This document shows, one piece after another, positions 48,132 through 57,717 of a DNA stretch of 64,000 nucleotides (the stretch's first letter is position 1; every line of letters starts with the position of its first letter). Source of the stretch: an uncultured Streptococcus sp. (GTDB lineage: Bacteria; Bacillota; Bacilli; Lactobacillales; Streptococcaceae); the NCBI GenBank assembly GCA_945864085.1, contig CAMBAD010000002.1, positions 14,144-78,143 on the forward strand, in the 5' to 3' direction. The notes under the pieces were generated by a model. It was not told the origin of the DNA. It ran no database searches and saw only the letters and a list, made by a program, of their open reading frames with translations. The position numbers and the translations under genes were made by a program.

Positions 48132-49928
48132 TTATTCCTGTTTCGCAAAGTCAATCAAGGCTGTTTTAAGTTCCGCTTTAGACTTAGCTGCTAAACTATT
48201 GATAAAGTCAGATACGACTTGCTGATTATGGTTGCTAACACGGCCGACAAAGATTTTCTCATGAATCTGTTCTCCCACACGCTCTTCTGTAGAAAGCAAC
48301 TCTTCATAGAGTTTTTCACCTGGGCGAATACCTGACTCGACAATTCCAATCTCATCCTCCGTATAACCGCTCAATTTTATCACCTTACGAGCCAATTCTA
48401 AAATCTGGACAGGTTCACCCATATCAAGGACAAAAACTTCCCCGCCACGGGCCATGTGGCCAGCTTGAATAACCAAACGGCTGGCTTCTGGAATGGTCAT
48501 AAAGTAACGTGTCATGCGGAAATCTGTCACTGTAACTGGACCACCCTTTTTGATTTGTTCCTTAAACAAAGGAACCACACTACCACGACTGCCCAATACA
48601 TTACCGAATCGAACTGCCACAAATTGTGTTTTTCCTGCTTCGTTCAAGCCTGTCACAATCATCTCCGCTACGCGTTTGGTCGCACCCATTACGTTTGGCG
48701 GATTCACAGCCTTGTCCGTTGATACCATTACAAATTTTCCGACCCCTGCTGCCTTGGCTGCCTCTGCAACATTCTTGGTTCCAAAAATATTGTTTTTAAC
48801 CGCTTCATGTGGGTTGTATTCCATCAAAGGAACATGTTTATGGGCAGCTGCATGGTAGACAACATCTGGCTGGTATTCCTGCATGATGGAGAAAATCACA
48901 TCACGATCCTGAATATCCGCAATCAATGGAATGATTTCAAGCTGCTGACCATACTTGCCAATCAATTCCCGATGAATAAGGTAGATAGAGTTTTCACCAT
49001 GACCCAAAAGCAACAAGCGTCGAGGACCAAATTTCAATACTTGGCGACAGAGTTCGGACCCAATCGAGCCTCCTGCTCCAGTCACTAAAACTGTCTTATT
49101 TTCAAAATAATTCCCGAGTTCTGTCTGATTCAGCACAACTTCTGGTCGACCTAGTAAATCGGCAATATCAATTTCTCGCAAGGAACTAACGCTGACATTT
49201 CCTGAAAAAATATCCTCAATGCTCGGCATATTATGAACCTTCACCTGTGCAGCATTACAGATTTCCACAATAGCCTCGCGCTCTTTCCCTGATAAGGATG
49301 GAATCGCAATAATAACCTGCTCAATCCCGAGTTCTTCAACTAAACGTGGAAGGTCATTTCTATTTCCCAATACTCGAACATTATGAATGTAGCTATGAAG
49401 CTTGTTCGGATCGCTATCAATAATCCCGACAATATCAAAATTCAGCCTTTTTTCAATAACTGTATTGATAAACAAATGACCACCATCCCCTGCCCCGACC
49501 AATAAGGTGCGAAGTGAGCGGGAGGTCTTGCGTTTTGAGCTAGAACGCTGTTCATGGAGACCACGCCAGATTAACCGCGGTGTAATGGTCAAGACAAACG
49601 AAATCACACCTGCAGTTAAAATGAAACGATAGCTAAAACTCTGCCACACTATAATGGAGAAAAGGAGCAAACCACCGTAAGATAACAGAAGGCTGAGGCC
49701 TATTTTCCATAGGGAACGAGCGTCGGTGTAGCGGGTAATCAGAGAGAATACTTTCAGTCTGGTAGAAATAGCAATATAGCTTATAGATACCAATAAGAGA
49801 GCCACTTGAATTTGTTGCTCTGGGATGTCTGTGATGACATCTAAAAACAATTTACTTAAAAGGATGGACAAGGCAATCATGGCAATATCCATGACTAATA
49901 ATATTAAACGCTTAATTTTTCTTGACAT
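48132..49928 (-). CDS. cpsE: Nucleoside-diphosphate sugar dehydratase (CapD/PglF-like)
   Basis: Four N-terminal TMs; GAGGSIGSE, HAAAHKHVP, STDKA and MGATK. Confidence 0.92.
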   Translation of the reverse strand: MSRKIKRLILLVMDIAMIALSILLSKLFLDVITDIPEQQIQVALLLVSISYIAISTRLKVFSLITRYTDARSLWKIGLSLLLSYGGLLLFSIIVWQSFSYRFILTAGVISFVLTITPRLIWRGLHEQRSSSKRKTSRSLRTLLVGAGDGGHLFINTVIEKRLNFDIVGIIDSDPNKLHSYIHNVRVLGNRNDLPRLVEELGIEQVIIAIPSLSGKEREAIVEICNAAQVKVHNMPSIEDIFSGNVSVSSLREIDIADLLGRPEVVLNQTELGNYFENKTVLVTGAGGSIGSELCRQVLKFGPRRLLLLGHGENSIYLIHRELIGKYGQQLEIIPLIADIQDRDVIFSIMQEYQPDVVYHAAAHKHVPLMEYNPHEAVKNNIFGTKNVAEAAKAAGVGKFVMVSTDKAVNPPNVMGATKRVAEMIVTGLNEAGKTQFVAVRFGNVLGSRGSVVPLFKEQIKKGGPVTVTDFRMTRYFMTIPEASRLVIQAGHMARGGEVFVLDMGEPVQILELARKVIKLSGYTEDEIGIVESGIRPGEKLYEELLSTEERVGEQIHEKIFVGRVSNHNQQVVSDFINSLAAKSKAELKTALIDFAKQE

Positions 49929-49955
49929 ATTTTCCCCTGTTCCTAAAGCGGCTGT

Positions 49956-50648
49956 TTATTTCTTGCCATAGTCCCCGTAAGAACCGTAATTCCCGTAGGA
50001 ACCGTATTTTTCCATACGAGTATCAAATTTGTTGAGAATAACACCCAAGAATGGTGTACCTGTCTGCTCTAGCTGCTCCTTCACTCTACGCAAGGCCTTG
50101 CGTTTGACATTGCCAGCCTCTGCAACCAAGACCATCGCATCACATTTTTGCGCAATGATTGCAGCATCAATGACCACTCCGAGGGGCGGACAGTCAACAA
50201 TAACATAATCATAATAGCGGCCTAATGTCAGGAGCAAATTTTCAAAATTCTTGCTCTGCAAGAGGGCTGTTGGATTGGGAGAGAACTTACCAGACTCGAT
50301 AACTGTCAAGTTTGGTACATCTGTATCACAGAGACCTTGTGATAAGTCTGTCGTTCCAGCCAAATAGTCTGTCAGCCCTGTCACCTTGGACAAGGGTCTG
50401 AAGAAACCAGACATGACTGAATTACGGATATCTGCGTCCACCAAAATCGTCTTATAGCCTGCACGCGCATAAGCGATTGCCAGGCTGGCAGAAGTGGTAG
50501 ACTTTCCTTCGTTGGACTGAACAGAAGTAATCCCGATAATTTTGAGATTTTCTCCACTCAGCTGAATATTGGTACGGATAGCATTTAGGTACTCTTCTGT
50601 CTCTTTTACTAACTGTTTTTTATTTCTTGCTAATTCTAAGATAGCCAT
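49956..50648 (-). CDS. wze: Tyrosine autokinase Wze
   Basis: NEGKST Walker A motif and a C-terminal YGx cluster. Confidence 0.93.
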   Translation of the reverse strand: MAILELARNKKQLVKETEEYLNAIRTNIQLSGENLKIIGITSVQSNEGKSTTSASLAIAYARAGYKTILVDADIRNSVMSGFFRPLSKVTGLTDYLAGTTDLSQGLCDTDVPNLTVIESGKFSPNPTALLQSKNFENLLLTLGRYYDYVIVDCPPLGVVIDAAIIAQKCDAMVLVAEAGNVKRKALRRVKEQLEQTGTPFLGVILNKFDTRMEKYGSYGNYGSYGDYGKK

Positions 50649-50657
50649 TTCCTTCTC

Positions 50658-51353
50658 CTATTTTCCAGTAGTGATTGCAATTTTTGGTACTACACCCAAG
50701 AGTGGCATACCCATCATTTCTTCAACATCTTCAGGGCGTTTAACACGGTCATCCAACACTTCCAAGACCAAGATAAGCCCGATAGCTAAGAAACTACCTG
50801 CAGCAAAACCTAGGACAAGATTTCTGCTTGTATTTGGAGTAGAAGGAGCCTTAGCTGGGATAGCCTCTTCCAAGGTGGTCACATCGCTGACTTTCGTCAC
50901 ATCAATAATTTTTTGGGCTGCTACTGTACGGAGACTGTTGGCAATCCGCGCTGCCTGCTCTGAGTCTGCATCGCGTACTGTAATGGACATAATACGTGTG
51001 TCTACTGGAATGTCCACAGTCACCTTAGTTGACAGGTCTTCCTCCAGGTCCAACTGTTCTGACACTTGAGTCAGCACATCCTGTGATAGGATAATTTCTT
51101 GGTAGTCCTTTACAAGGTAGGCACCTGCTTGCAGTTCCTGAGTAGTCAAGCCCTGCGCACCCTCAACTGCCTGATGTACTACATAAATTCTAGTCGTGCT
51201 ATCATACATAGGCGTCGCAATGAAAGCTGAATAAACATAGGCCAACCCTGTCGCAACTAAGGCTGTGAACAGGATAGCAAACTTCTTACGCCATAAGGTT
51301 TTTAGCAGGAAAATAATATCTATTTCCATTACATTTGTGTCTTGATTTTTCAT
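50658..51353 (-). CDS. wzd: Chain-length regulator Wzd
   Basis: Two TMs; PMYDSTTRIYV and GMPLLGVVP. Confidence 0.92.
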   Translation of the reverse strand: MKNQDTNVMEIDIIFLLKTLWRKKFAILFTALVATGLAYVYSAFIATPMYDSTTRIYVVHQAVEGAQGLTTQELQAGAYLVKDYQEIILSQDVLTQVSEQLDLEEDLSTKVTVDIPVDTRIMSITVRDADSEQAARIANSLRTVAAQKIIDVTKVSDVTTLEEAIPAKAPSTPNTSRNLVLGFAAGSFLAIGLILVLEVLDDRVKRPEDVEEMMGMPLLGVVPKIAITTGK

Positions 51354-51369
51354 CGATTTCTCCTAATTT

Positions 51370-52098
51370 TTATAACTTATTTTTCAACAGTAGTAGGGGG
51401 TTGTTCATAAAGAGTTGCTTCGCCCTATCTGAACCGAATTGCTTTTCAACCAACTGATAAGCTTCTTCCATATAAGGTCTGCGTTTGTCTAGGTTGTGCA
51501 TATCACTGGCCACAAAATGCACTAGGTCATTTTCTAAGAAAAACTGAGCCCTGCGCTTAAATGTTTTGTGCCGGTCATTAAAGAGTTTTGGCTTTAGAAT
51601 ACTAGAACTATTGACCTGCATGTAGCAACCCATATCAATCAATGCGGCAACTTTTTCCGCCTCATCTTCCAAAGCGTCATAGCGCTCAATATGAGCAACT
51701 ACAGGAACAAAACCGCTACGAATCACTTCTCCCAAGGCCTCGTGGATTTGTTTATAGGTGGTCTTCGTTCCAAATTCAATCAGAACTGCCTGAGTATCTC
51801 CATAAGTAGGGATTTGTTTTTTCTCTAGTTTACCAATAATATCGCTAGTATAGTAGATTTCTGCTCCATAAAAGAGGAAGAGATCATCTGAAATCCTTTT
51901 GGCAGCTGCTTGTAACTGATGAAAGTGTTCTAGTATCGTGTGTTCAGGTGTTTCAAACATGCCCTTCCGACGGTGGGAGGTAGCAACAATGGCCCTCACC
52001 CCCTGTCGGTAACTTTCTTCGAGTAGATGTATGCTCTCTTCGAGACTTTTTGGTCCGTCATCAACTCCAAAAATAATATGCGAGTGGATGTCAATCAT
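51370..52098 (-). CDS. wzh: PHP-family tyrosine phosphatase Wzh
   Basis: DIHSHI, ATSH, AHIERY and ASDMH. Confidence 0.93.
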   Translation of the reverse strand: MIDIHSHIIFGVDDGPKSLEESIHLLEESYRQGVRAIVATSHRRKGMFETPEHTILEHFHQLQAAAKRISDDLFLFYGAEIYYTSDIIGKLEKKQIPTYGDTQAVLIEFGTKTTYKQIHEALGEVIRSGFVPVVAHIERYDALEDEAEKVAALIDMGCYMQVNSSSILKPKLFNDRHKTFKRRAQFFLENDLVHFVASDMHNLDKRRPYMEEAYQLVEKQFGSDRAKQLFMNNPLLLLKNKL

Positions 52099-53541
52099 CT
52101 ATTCTGTACCCCCTAGTACGGATTGAATGGCTGCCTTGGCCTGTGCCAAACTATCTGGATTTATTTCCATAACATATAATTGTGAACCTGGCATTGCATA
52201 AGAAGGTAAATCCATGCGGCCTGTGCCAGTCAGGGCTTGAGAGGTAATCTCGTAAGCAGTTCCTGATTCCAACTGAGCATTGACTAGCTGCATGATGGTC
52301 TCAATACTTAAGTCAGTTTGAATAGAGCCTTCAATTCCATTTAAAATTGCTTGATAATTGGTAAGATTTTCTGGTGAACTGAGTTTGCTAATCAAGGCAG
52401 CGATGACCTTCGATTGATTTTTACCACGGTCATTGTCACCACCTGAAAGAGAATAGCGTTCGCGTACAAATATCAGGGCCTTTTCTGAATTAAGATAGAC
52501 TGTTCCTTGCGGGAAATCATGTCCTCCTGCAGAAAAAGCTTGGTCGTTTTGAACCTCAATCCCGCCGACTAAATCAATCAGTTGCAGGAAGGAAGTGAAG
52601 TTCAGTCGAATATAGTTACTGATGTCAATTCCGTAAAGATTTTCAAGTGTATGAACCGAGGCTTCGACACCATAAATCCCTGCATGCGTCAGCTTATCAT
52701 ACTGATTTTGACCGCCATCTGCGATGGCAACATAGGCATCACGCGGCGTGGTTGTCAAGAGAATCTTGTGGGTCGTTCGATTGACGGTCAGGATGATATT
52801 GACATCTGAGCGTGAAACAGAAGAAATTGGACCATAGGTATCAATACCACTAATGTAAATGTTAAAGCTATCGCCACTGGCCTGCTCCACTCCTGCCGCG
52901 ACCTCTTTGCTGATTGTAAAGGTATGAATTTTACGCACCTTAGAAGCAAAATCTGGATCTTCAGACTCTAAAATATTGGTAAAGACGCCATTAAAAACCA
53001 TGGCTTCCCCTTCACCAGCCAGGAGGGATTGATAGGCTGTTACATAGGAGCTGGTCGGGCTAGTGGTGAGTTGAACAGACTTGGTACTGGCTACATCTCC
53101 TAATAGGGCCGCGACATTGTCCTGGTCATACTCGGCTGGTGCCAAGAGTGATGTTAATTGACTGACATCTGTAACCTCACTATCTACAGGAACCAAGATA
53201 CTCATCTCGTACTCCGAGAAGGTGGCATTAGCATTTAATTGGCTAGAGAAGTCCAACACTTCTTTCAGACCGAACATTCCCAGTGAAGAAAAGACTAGGG
53301 CAAGTGATAGAAGAATAGTCGTTAGTACCTGAGCCTTCTTTTTTATGATGAGAAAGCCTGCAAGAAGGGCTACTAAGAGGGCAAATCCTGTCAGGATATG
53401 ATTGACCATCCTAAAATTAAAGACCTGATAACGGTACATGGTAATGAGAAAGAATCCAGCTATACCTACATAAAGGACTAATAATGCCAGATTCAGCCCT
53501 CTCAGCTTGGATATTCCTTCTCTTCTACTTCTTTTTTTCAT
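52099..53541 (-). CDS. cpsA: LCP family protein Wzg/CpsA
   Basis: Three TMs; SRSDVN, TPRD and RERY..GDNDRG. Confidence 0.93.
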   Translation of the reverse strand: MKKRSRREGISKLRGLNLALLVLYVGIAGFFLITMYRYQVFNFRMVNHILTGFALLVALLAGFLIIKKKAQVLTTILLSLALVFSSLGMFGLKEVLDFSSQLNANATFSEYEMSILVPVDSEVTDVSQLTSLLAPAEYDQDNVAALLGDVASTKSVQLTTSPTSSYVTAYQSLLAGEGEAMVFNGVFTNILESEDPDFASKVRKIHTFTISKEVAAGVEQASGDSFNIYISGIDTYGPISSVSRSDVNIILTVNRTTHKILLTTTPRDAYVAIADGGQNQYDKLTHAGIYGVEASVHTLENLYGIDISNYIRLNFTSFLQLIDLVGGIEVQNDQAFSAGGHDFPQGTVYLNSEKALIFVRERYSLSGGDNDRGKNQSKVIAALISKLSSPENLTNYQAILNGIEGSIQTDLSIETIMQLVNAQLESGTAYEITSQALTGTGRMDLPSYAMPGSQLYVMEINPDSLAQAKAAIQSVLGGTE

Positions 53542-53656
53542 AAAAACCACCTTTTTAGCATAGAGCCATTCCTATCACTGTTGAGTATCAGAATGGTCGT
53601 CGGAGCTGCATTAACATCAACCTTTCATGGTAGGATGACACCAAGATAATAAACGA

Positions 53657-53762
53657 TATAGTCATTTGAATTATCTTTGATACATCGTCGCTTTCAACTT
53701 GCCGTACTCTAGTACAGCCTGCGCCTCAGTTCCTTGTCTGAAAGCTAATTCATTCGACTATA
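53657..53762. mobile_element. 106-bp RUP-like MITE in the cps leader
   Basis: Inverted near-identical copy of 18648-18753. Confidence 0.85.
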
Positions 53763-53830
53763 AAATCCGAATCCTCTCCACAATCAGTTACCTGAACTGT
53801 AAAAACTTGTAGAAGGACAATAACATTCCT

Positions 53831-53839
53831 ATTATATCA
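53831..53839 (-). promoter_or_regulatory. Extended -10 of the putative cps promoter
   Basis: TGaTATAAT on the minus strand upstream of cpsA. Confidence 0.55.
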
Positions 53840-53903
53840 TATCCTATAACCCTTGGCTAGAAATTCATTGCTAGGAAAACGCTATTTTGATGAATATCTA
53901 TCA

Positions 53904-54635
53904 TTATGAGAGTTTTCTCACAAATAGTAGCTGCTGTTCTGTCGAACGCCGTTCATCCAACCGGAAGCCATCCACCTCCGCTGAGCGTAGGTGGTCTAAG
54001 GTTTGGCATTGATTTCTTACCATCCATGACAGTAAGCGACCGCGGCCCTTTTTAGAGATGGTCGAATGGGTCCTAGACTGACCAGCTACCTCCTCCATAA
54101 AGGTAATCCGAATCAGGCGTTTCTGGATGGCGGGAGAAAAGATCTGTTCAAATTCAGACGAGGCCAGCGATAAAATCCAGTCCTGATCCTGTACCGCAGC
54201 ATCAAAAGCTGGACGCCAATAGGCTTTAAGGGACTGACCAGCAATTTTCAGCCCACCTTGAAAGTCTAGGCGGTGGGGATAAATCAGGGTACTGGGTGGA
54301 ATCAGCCCATAAAAACCAGTAGCAAGGAGGACATGTTCATGCAGGTAGGCCTGTTCTGACTTGGAAAGATCTGACCTACTCATATAGCGGTACATCAGTC
54401 CATCATAGAGCAGCCAGGCTGGATAGGTCTTGGCCTGACCTGTTTGGATTCGCTTCCAGCGGTCTGCCTCCAAACCTGCCCGCTCCAAGGGAAGTTTGTA
54501 AAATCTGGCCAACTCAGCCTCCTCTTTCACCGAAAGTACTTCTAGGATGGGCAGACTGTCGGTTGGCAGATCTTGGAAGGGAGACGGTTCTTGATTGGTA
54601 TTCATTTCCTTGGCATTGGGGATTATAATTTTCAT
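53904..54635 (-). CDS. yaaA: YaaA/DUF328 protein (orfX)
   Basis: MKIIIPNAK, YDGLMY and SKKGRG. Start moved to 54635. Confidence 0.88.
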   Translation of the reverse strand: MKIIIPNAKEMNTNQEPSPFQDLPTDSLPILEVLSVKEEAELARFYKLPLERAGLEADRWKRIQTGQAKTYPAWLLYDGLMYRYMSRSDLSKSEQAYLHEHVLLATGFYGLIPPSTLIYPHRLDFQGGLKIAGQSLKAYWRPAFDAAVQDQDWILSLASSEFEQIFSPAIQKRLIRITFMEEVAGQSRTHSTISKKGRGRLLSWMVRNQCQTLDHLRSAEVDGFRLDERRSTEQQLLFVRKLS

Positions 54636-54750
54636 CTTTTCATTATACCATGAAGAACCACCTATCCAAAGCGTTATCCTGTGTTGAAAACTTGTATTTT
54701 CCGAAAGATTGCTATATACTGAGAAAAAATCGTTCTGTAGGGGGACAGTT

Positions 54751-56019
54751 ATGACCAGCAAGTACCAAACCATTGTAAATGACATTGTCACTGCTATTGA
54801 AAATCACCACTACAAACGAGGGCAGAAACTGCCTTCCATCCGTCAACTCAGTCAATCCTACCAGTGCAGCAAGGACACTGTGCAAAAAGCCATGGTAGAG
54901 CTCAAATATCAGAATAAAATCTATGCGGTCGAAAAAAGTGGCTACTATATCCTAGAAGACCAAGATTTCAAGGAAAAAACGGTAGAATTAGATCCTGCTG
55001 ACTTTCAGAAGTTGCCCTACGAGGATTTTCGTGTCTGCCTGCATGAAAGTCTGGTCGGCAGGGAAAACTATCTGTTTAATTACTACCATCAGCAGGAGGG
55101 GTTGGCGGAACTTATTGATGCCATCCAGTCCCTCCTAATGGACTATCATGTTTATACAAAAAAAGACCAGCTGGCCATTACCGCTGGTAGCCAACAAGCC
55201 CTCTATATCTTGACACAAATGGCCTTTGACGCTGAAAAGACCGATATTTTAATCGAAAGTCCAACCTATTCCCGTATGCTGGAATTGGTCCGCCACCAAG
55301 CTATTCCTTACCAGACTATTGAACGAACGCTTGATGGCATTGATCTCAACGAATTGGAGAGAATTTTCAAAACTGGTCAAATCAAGTTTTTCTATACCAT
55401 TCCTCGCTTGCACAATCCGCTTGGTTCTTCCTATAGTCTGGCCAGCAAAAAAGCTCTGATCCAGCTGGCACAACAGTATCAGGTCTATATTATTGAGGAT
55501 GATTATTTGGCTGATTTTGATGAACAAAAGAGCCTGCCCCTGCATTACCTAGACGCTGATAACCGTGTTATTTATATAAAATCCTTTACTCCGACCCTCT
55601 TTCCTGCCCTGCGTATCGGTGCCATCAGCCTGCCCCAAAATCTGGTCGCTGATTTTCTGCAACACAAGAGCCTGATTGACTACGATACCAACCTAATCAT
55701 GCAAAAAGCCCTAGCTTTGTATATTGATAACGGTATGTTTTCCAGAAATACGCATGATTTACAGCAGATTTACCACAGGCAGCAAGAAGAGATGAAAAAA
55801 GCGGCGGAGCCTATCCCCTCCTCTCTCCCTTACGCAATCGGTATTGACCGCCTGACTTTTCAGGTTGAAAAAGCCAGCATTCGCTCCACTATCGGGCAAT
55901 CTATTCCTGGAACTACCTTGTTCAAGGGACTGTCCGTGGACTACCTCCAGATACAGTACAGTTCGCATTTTATGGAGACTTTGAAAAAAGTGCTGGACCT
56001 GCTAATGGAGACGCGATGA
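54751..56019 (+). CDS. MocR/GntR-family PLP-dependent regulator (orfY)
   Basis: wHTH LPSIRQL; aminotransferase-like HNPLG and IIEDDY. Confidence 0.88.
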   Translation: MTSKYQTIVNDIVTAIENHHYKRGQKLPSIRQLSQSYQCSKDTVQKAMVELKYQNKIYAVEKSGYYILEDQDFKEKTVELDPADFQKLPYEDFRVCLHESLVGRENYLFNYYHQQEGLAELIDAIQSLLMDYHVYTKKDQLAITAGSQQALYILTQMAFDAEKTDILIESPTYSRMLELVRHQAIPYQTIERTLDGIDLNELERIFKTGQIKFFYTIPRLHNPLGSSYSLASKKALIQLAQQYQVYIIEDDYLADFDEQKSLPLHYLDADNRVIYIKSFTPTLFPALRIGAISLPQNLVADFLQHKSLIDYDTNLIMQKALALYIDNGMFSRNTHDLQQIYHRQQEEMKKAAEPIPSSLPYAIGIDRLTFQVEKASIRSTIGQSIPGTTLFKGLSVDYLQIQYSSHFMETLKKVLDLLMETR

Positions 56020-56025
56020 CAAGCA

Positions 56026-56065
56026 AAAACCCTTACTAGGCCACTGAGGTTCTGGTAAGGGTTTT
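56026..56065. terminator. Bidirectional terminator
   Basis: AAAACCCTTACTAG...CTGGTAAGGGTTTT between convergent genes. Confidence 0.7.
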
Positions 56066-56134
56066 CTGATTTGAAGCAATTAAGTAGCTACACTCGCCAT
56101 GTTAGCTATTGTTTTAGAGATTCCTGCGGACGGT

Positions 56135-56980
56135 CTATATTTCATAGCCCATCAACAGGCCGCCTTCTTCAGCGTAGAAGCTACATAGGCCTGATGTTGG
56201 TACTTGATCAACGATTGCCTCTGGGTAGGTGGACTTGACCAGTTCGGAAAATTGCTGATAGAATTTGTCATTGTTGCGGTGGGCCATGATAATGCGGCCG
56301 CCTTTATAGCCAGCCTTGACCATTTCTTCCAGAGCGGCGGTGACTGATTTCTTGTGCCCACGCGCTTTCTGAAGCAACTCTAACTTGCCTTCATTACTTG
56401 CCTCTCCGACCATGCGGATATTGAGCAGACCAACGACAGTTCCGACTAGCTTGCTTAGGCGGCCATTTTTGACTAGATTGTCAACTTTGGCAAGGACAAA
56501 GAGGAGTTTGCTTTGTTGCTGATAGGCGGTAATGGCCTGGACCAGCTCTGGGAAATCCAAACCTATGCCGATTAGGTGATTGATCTGGTCAACCAAAAGG
56601 TCCATTTCCCCACCTGCTGACAGGCTATCAATCAGATGGATATTTACCTCTGGATGTTCTTCAAGGTACATATCTCGAGCAACACGGGCTGCATTGTAGC
56701 TGCCTGACAGGGCTCCTGTCAGGGTGACAACGATGACATTTTCTGCACCTGCATAGGCTGCCTGATAGGCTTGGGGGCTTGGGCAGGCAGAGCTTGCTGC
56801 CTGGGAAGAAGCGTACATGGTGGTCATCATGTCATCAATATCTAGTTCCGCACTGTCTACAAAGGTCAACTCTCCGACCTGTACAGTGAGGGGAACACTG
56901 ATAAATTCTGTATCAGGGGCTAGATGGTTGAGCTGGCGGTAATCACAACCTGAATCTGCAACGATTTTCCATTTTAACAT
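56135..56980 (-). CDS. DegV/FakB fatty-acid-binding protein (orfZ)
   Basis: IVADSGCD, SACPSP, LSGSYN and LVKNGR. Confidence 0.9.
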   Translation of the reverse strand: MLKWKIVADSGCDYRQLNHLAPDTEFISVPLTVQVGELTFVDSAELDIDDMMTTMYASSQAASSACPSPQAYQAAYAGAENVIVVTLTGALSGSYNAARVARDMYLEEHPEVNIHLIDSLSAGGEMDLLVDQINHLIGIGLDFPELVQAITAYQQQSKLLFVLAKVDNLVKNGRLSKLVGTVVGLLNIRMVGEASNEGKLELLQKARGHKKSVTAALEEMVKAGYKGGRIIMAHRNNDKFYQQFSELVKSTYPEAIVDQVPTSGLCSFYAEEGGLLMGYEI

Positions 56981-57197
56981 AGGGTTTTCCATTTCTACAT
57001 CCGATAGTCGCCAAGAAGCTTGGGCTGTTCCTGCCATATAATAGAATCCTAGACTGGCTGGGGTTCTAAAGGGAGGTTTTAGCGACTATCCTTACTTTTT
57101 TATTTGACAAGTTTGCCATCTTCTCATACAATTATATCATTAAGATATGGCTTCTGAAAGCATTTTCTTTCGGATGTCACAGTGAGAAAGGATCCCT

Positions 57198-57605
57198 ATG
57201 TCAGAGCGTAAGATTTCACCCAAATCACTTAAAAATCTCCATCAATCAAATAAAGAGGCCAACCAGCTGACCAAGGAATCAATCGAAACTGCTCTGCTAT
57301 TTCTCCTAGAAAATAAGGACCTTAAGCAGATTTCGGTGTCAGAGTTAGTGCGCAAGGCGGGCGTCTCTCGCAATGCCTTCTACCGCAACTATAAGTCCAA
57401 GGAGGAGATTTTGGAGAACTACTATGAGCGGACTTCAAGCAATCTGAAGAAAAAGTGGTATCGTTTGCAAGCCAAGGTCCAAAAGGATGGTGTCCAGCAA
57501 AGTTTTGCGGATTTTATCCAGCAGCAAAAACATCGTGCTGAGCAGAGCAAGGCCCTGTCCAATGTCAGTCAATGGATAAGAGAGAAGACCAAGCGTGGCT
57601 CTTAA
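57198..57605 (+). CDS. TetR/AcrR family regulator
   Basis: ISVSELVRKAGVSRNAFYRNYKSKE. Confidence 0.88.
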   Translation: MSERKISPKSLKNLHQSNKEANQLTKESIETALLFLLENKDLKQISVSELVRKAGVSRNAFYRNYKSKEEILENYYERTSSNLKKKWYRLQAKVQKDGVQQSFADFIQQQKHRAEQSKALSNVSQWIREKTKRGS

Positions 57606-57717
57606 TCGAATGGGTACACACAATTTATGATGTAGTTTAAAAGCAACTAACTGGCGAATCCCGCAAAGAGGAATCACCAGTCGGTCGCTTTTTTCATTTT
57701 TGTGTTCTGCATGCTTC

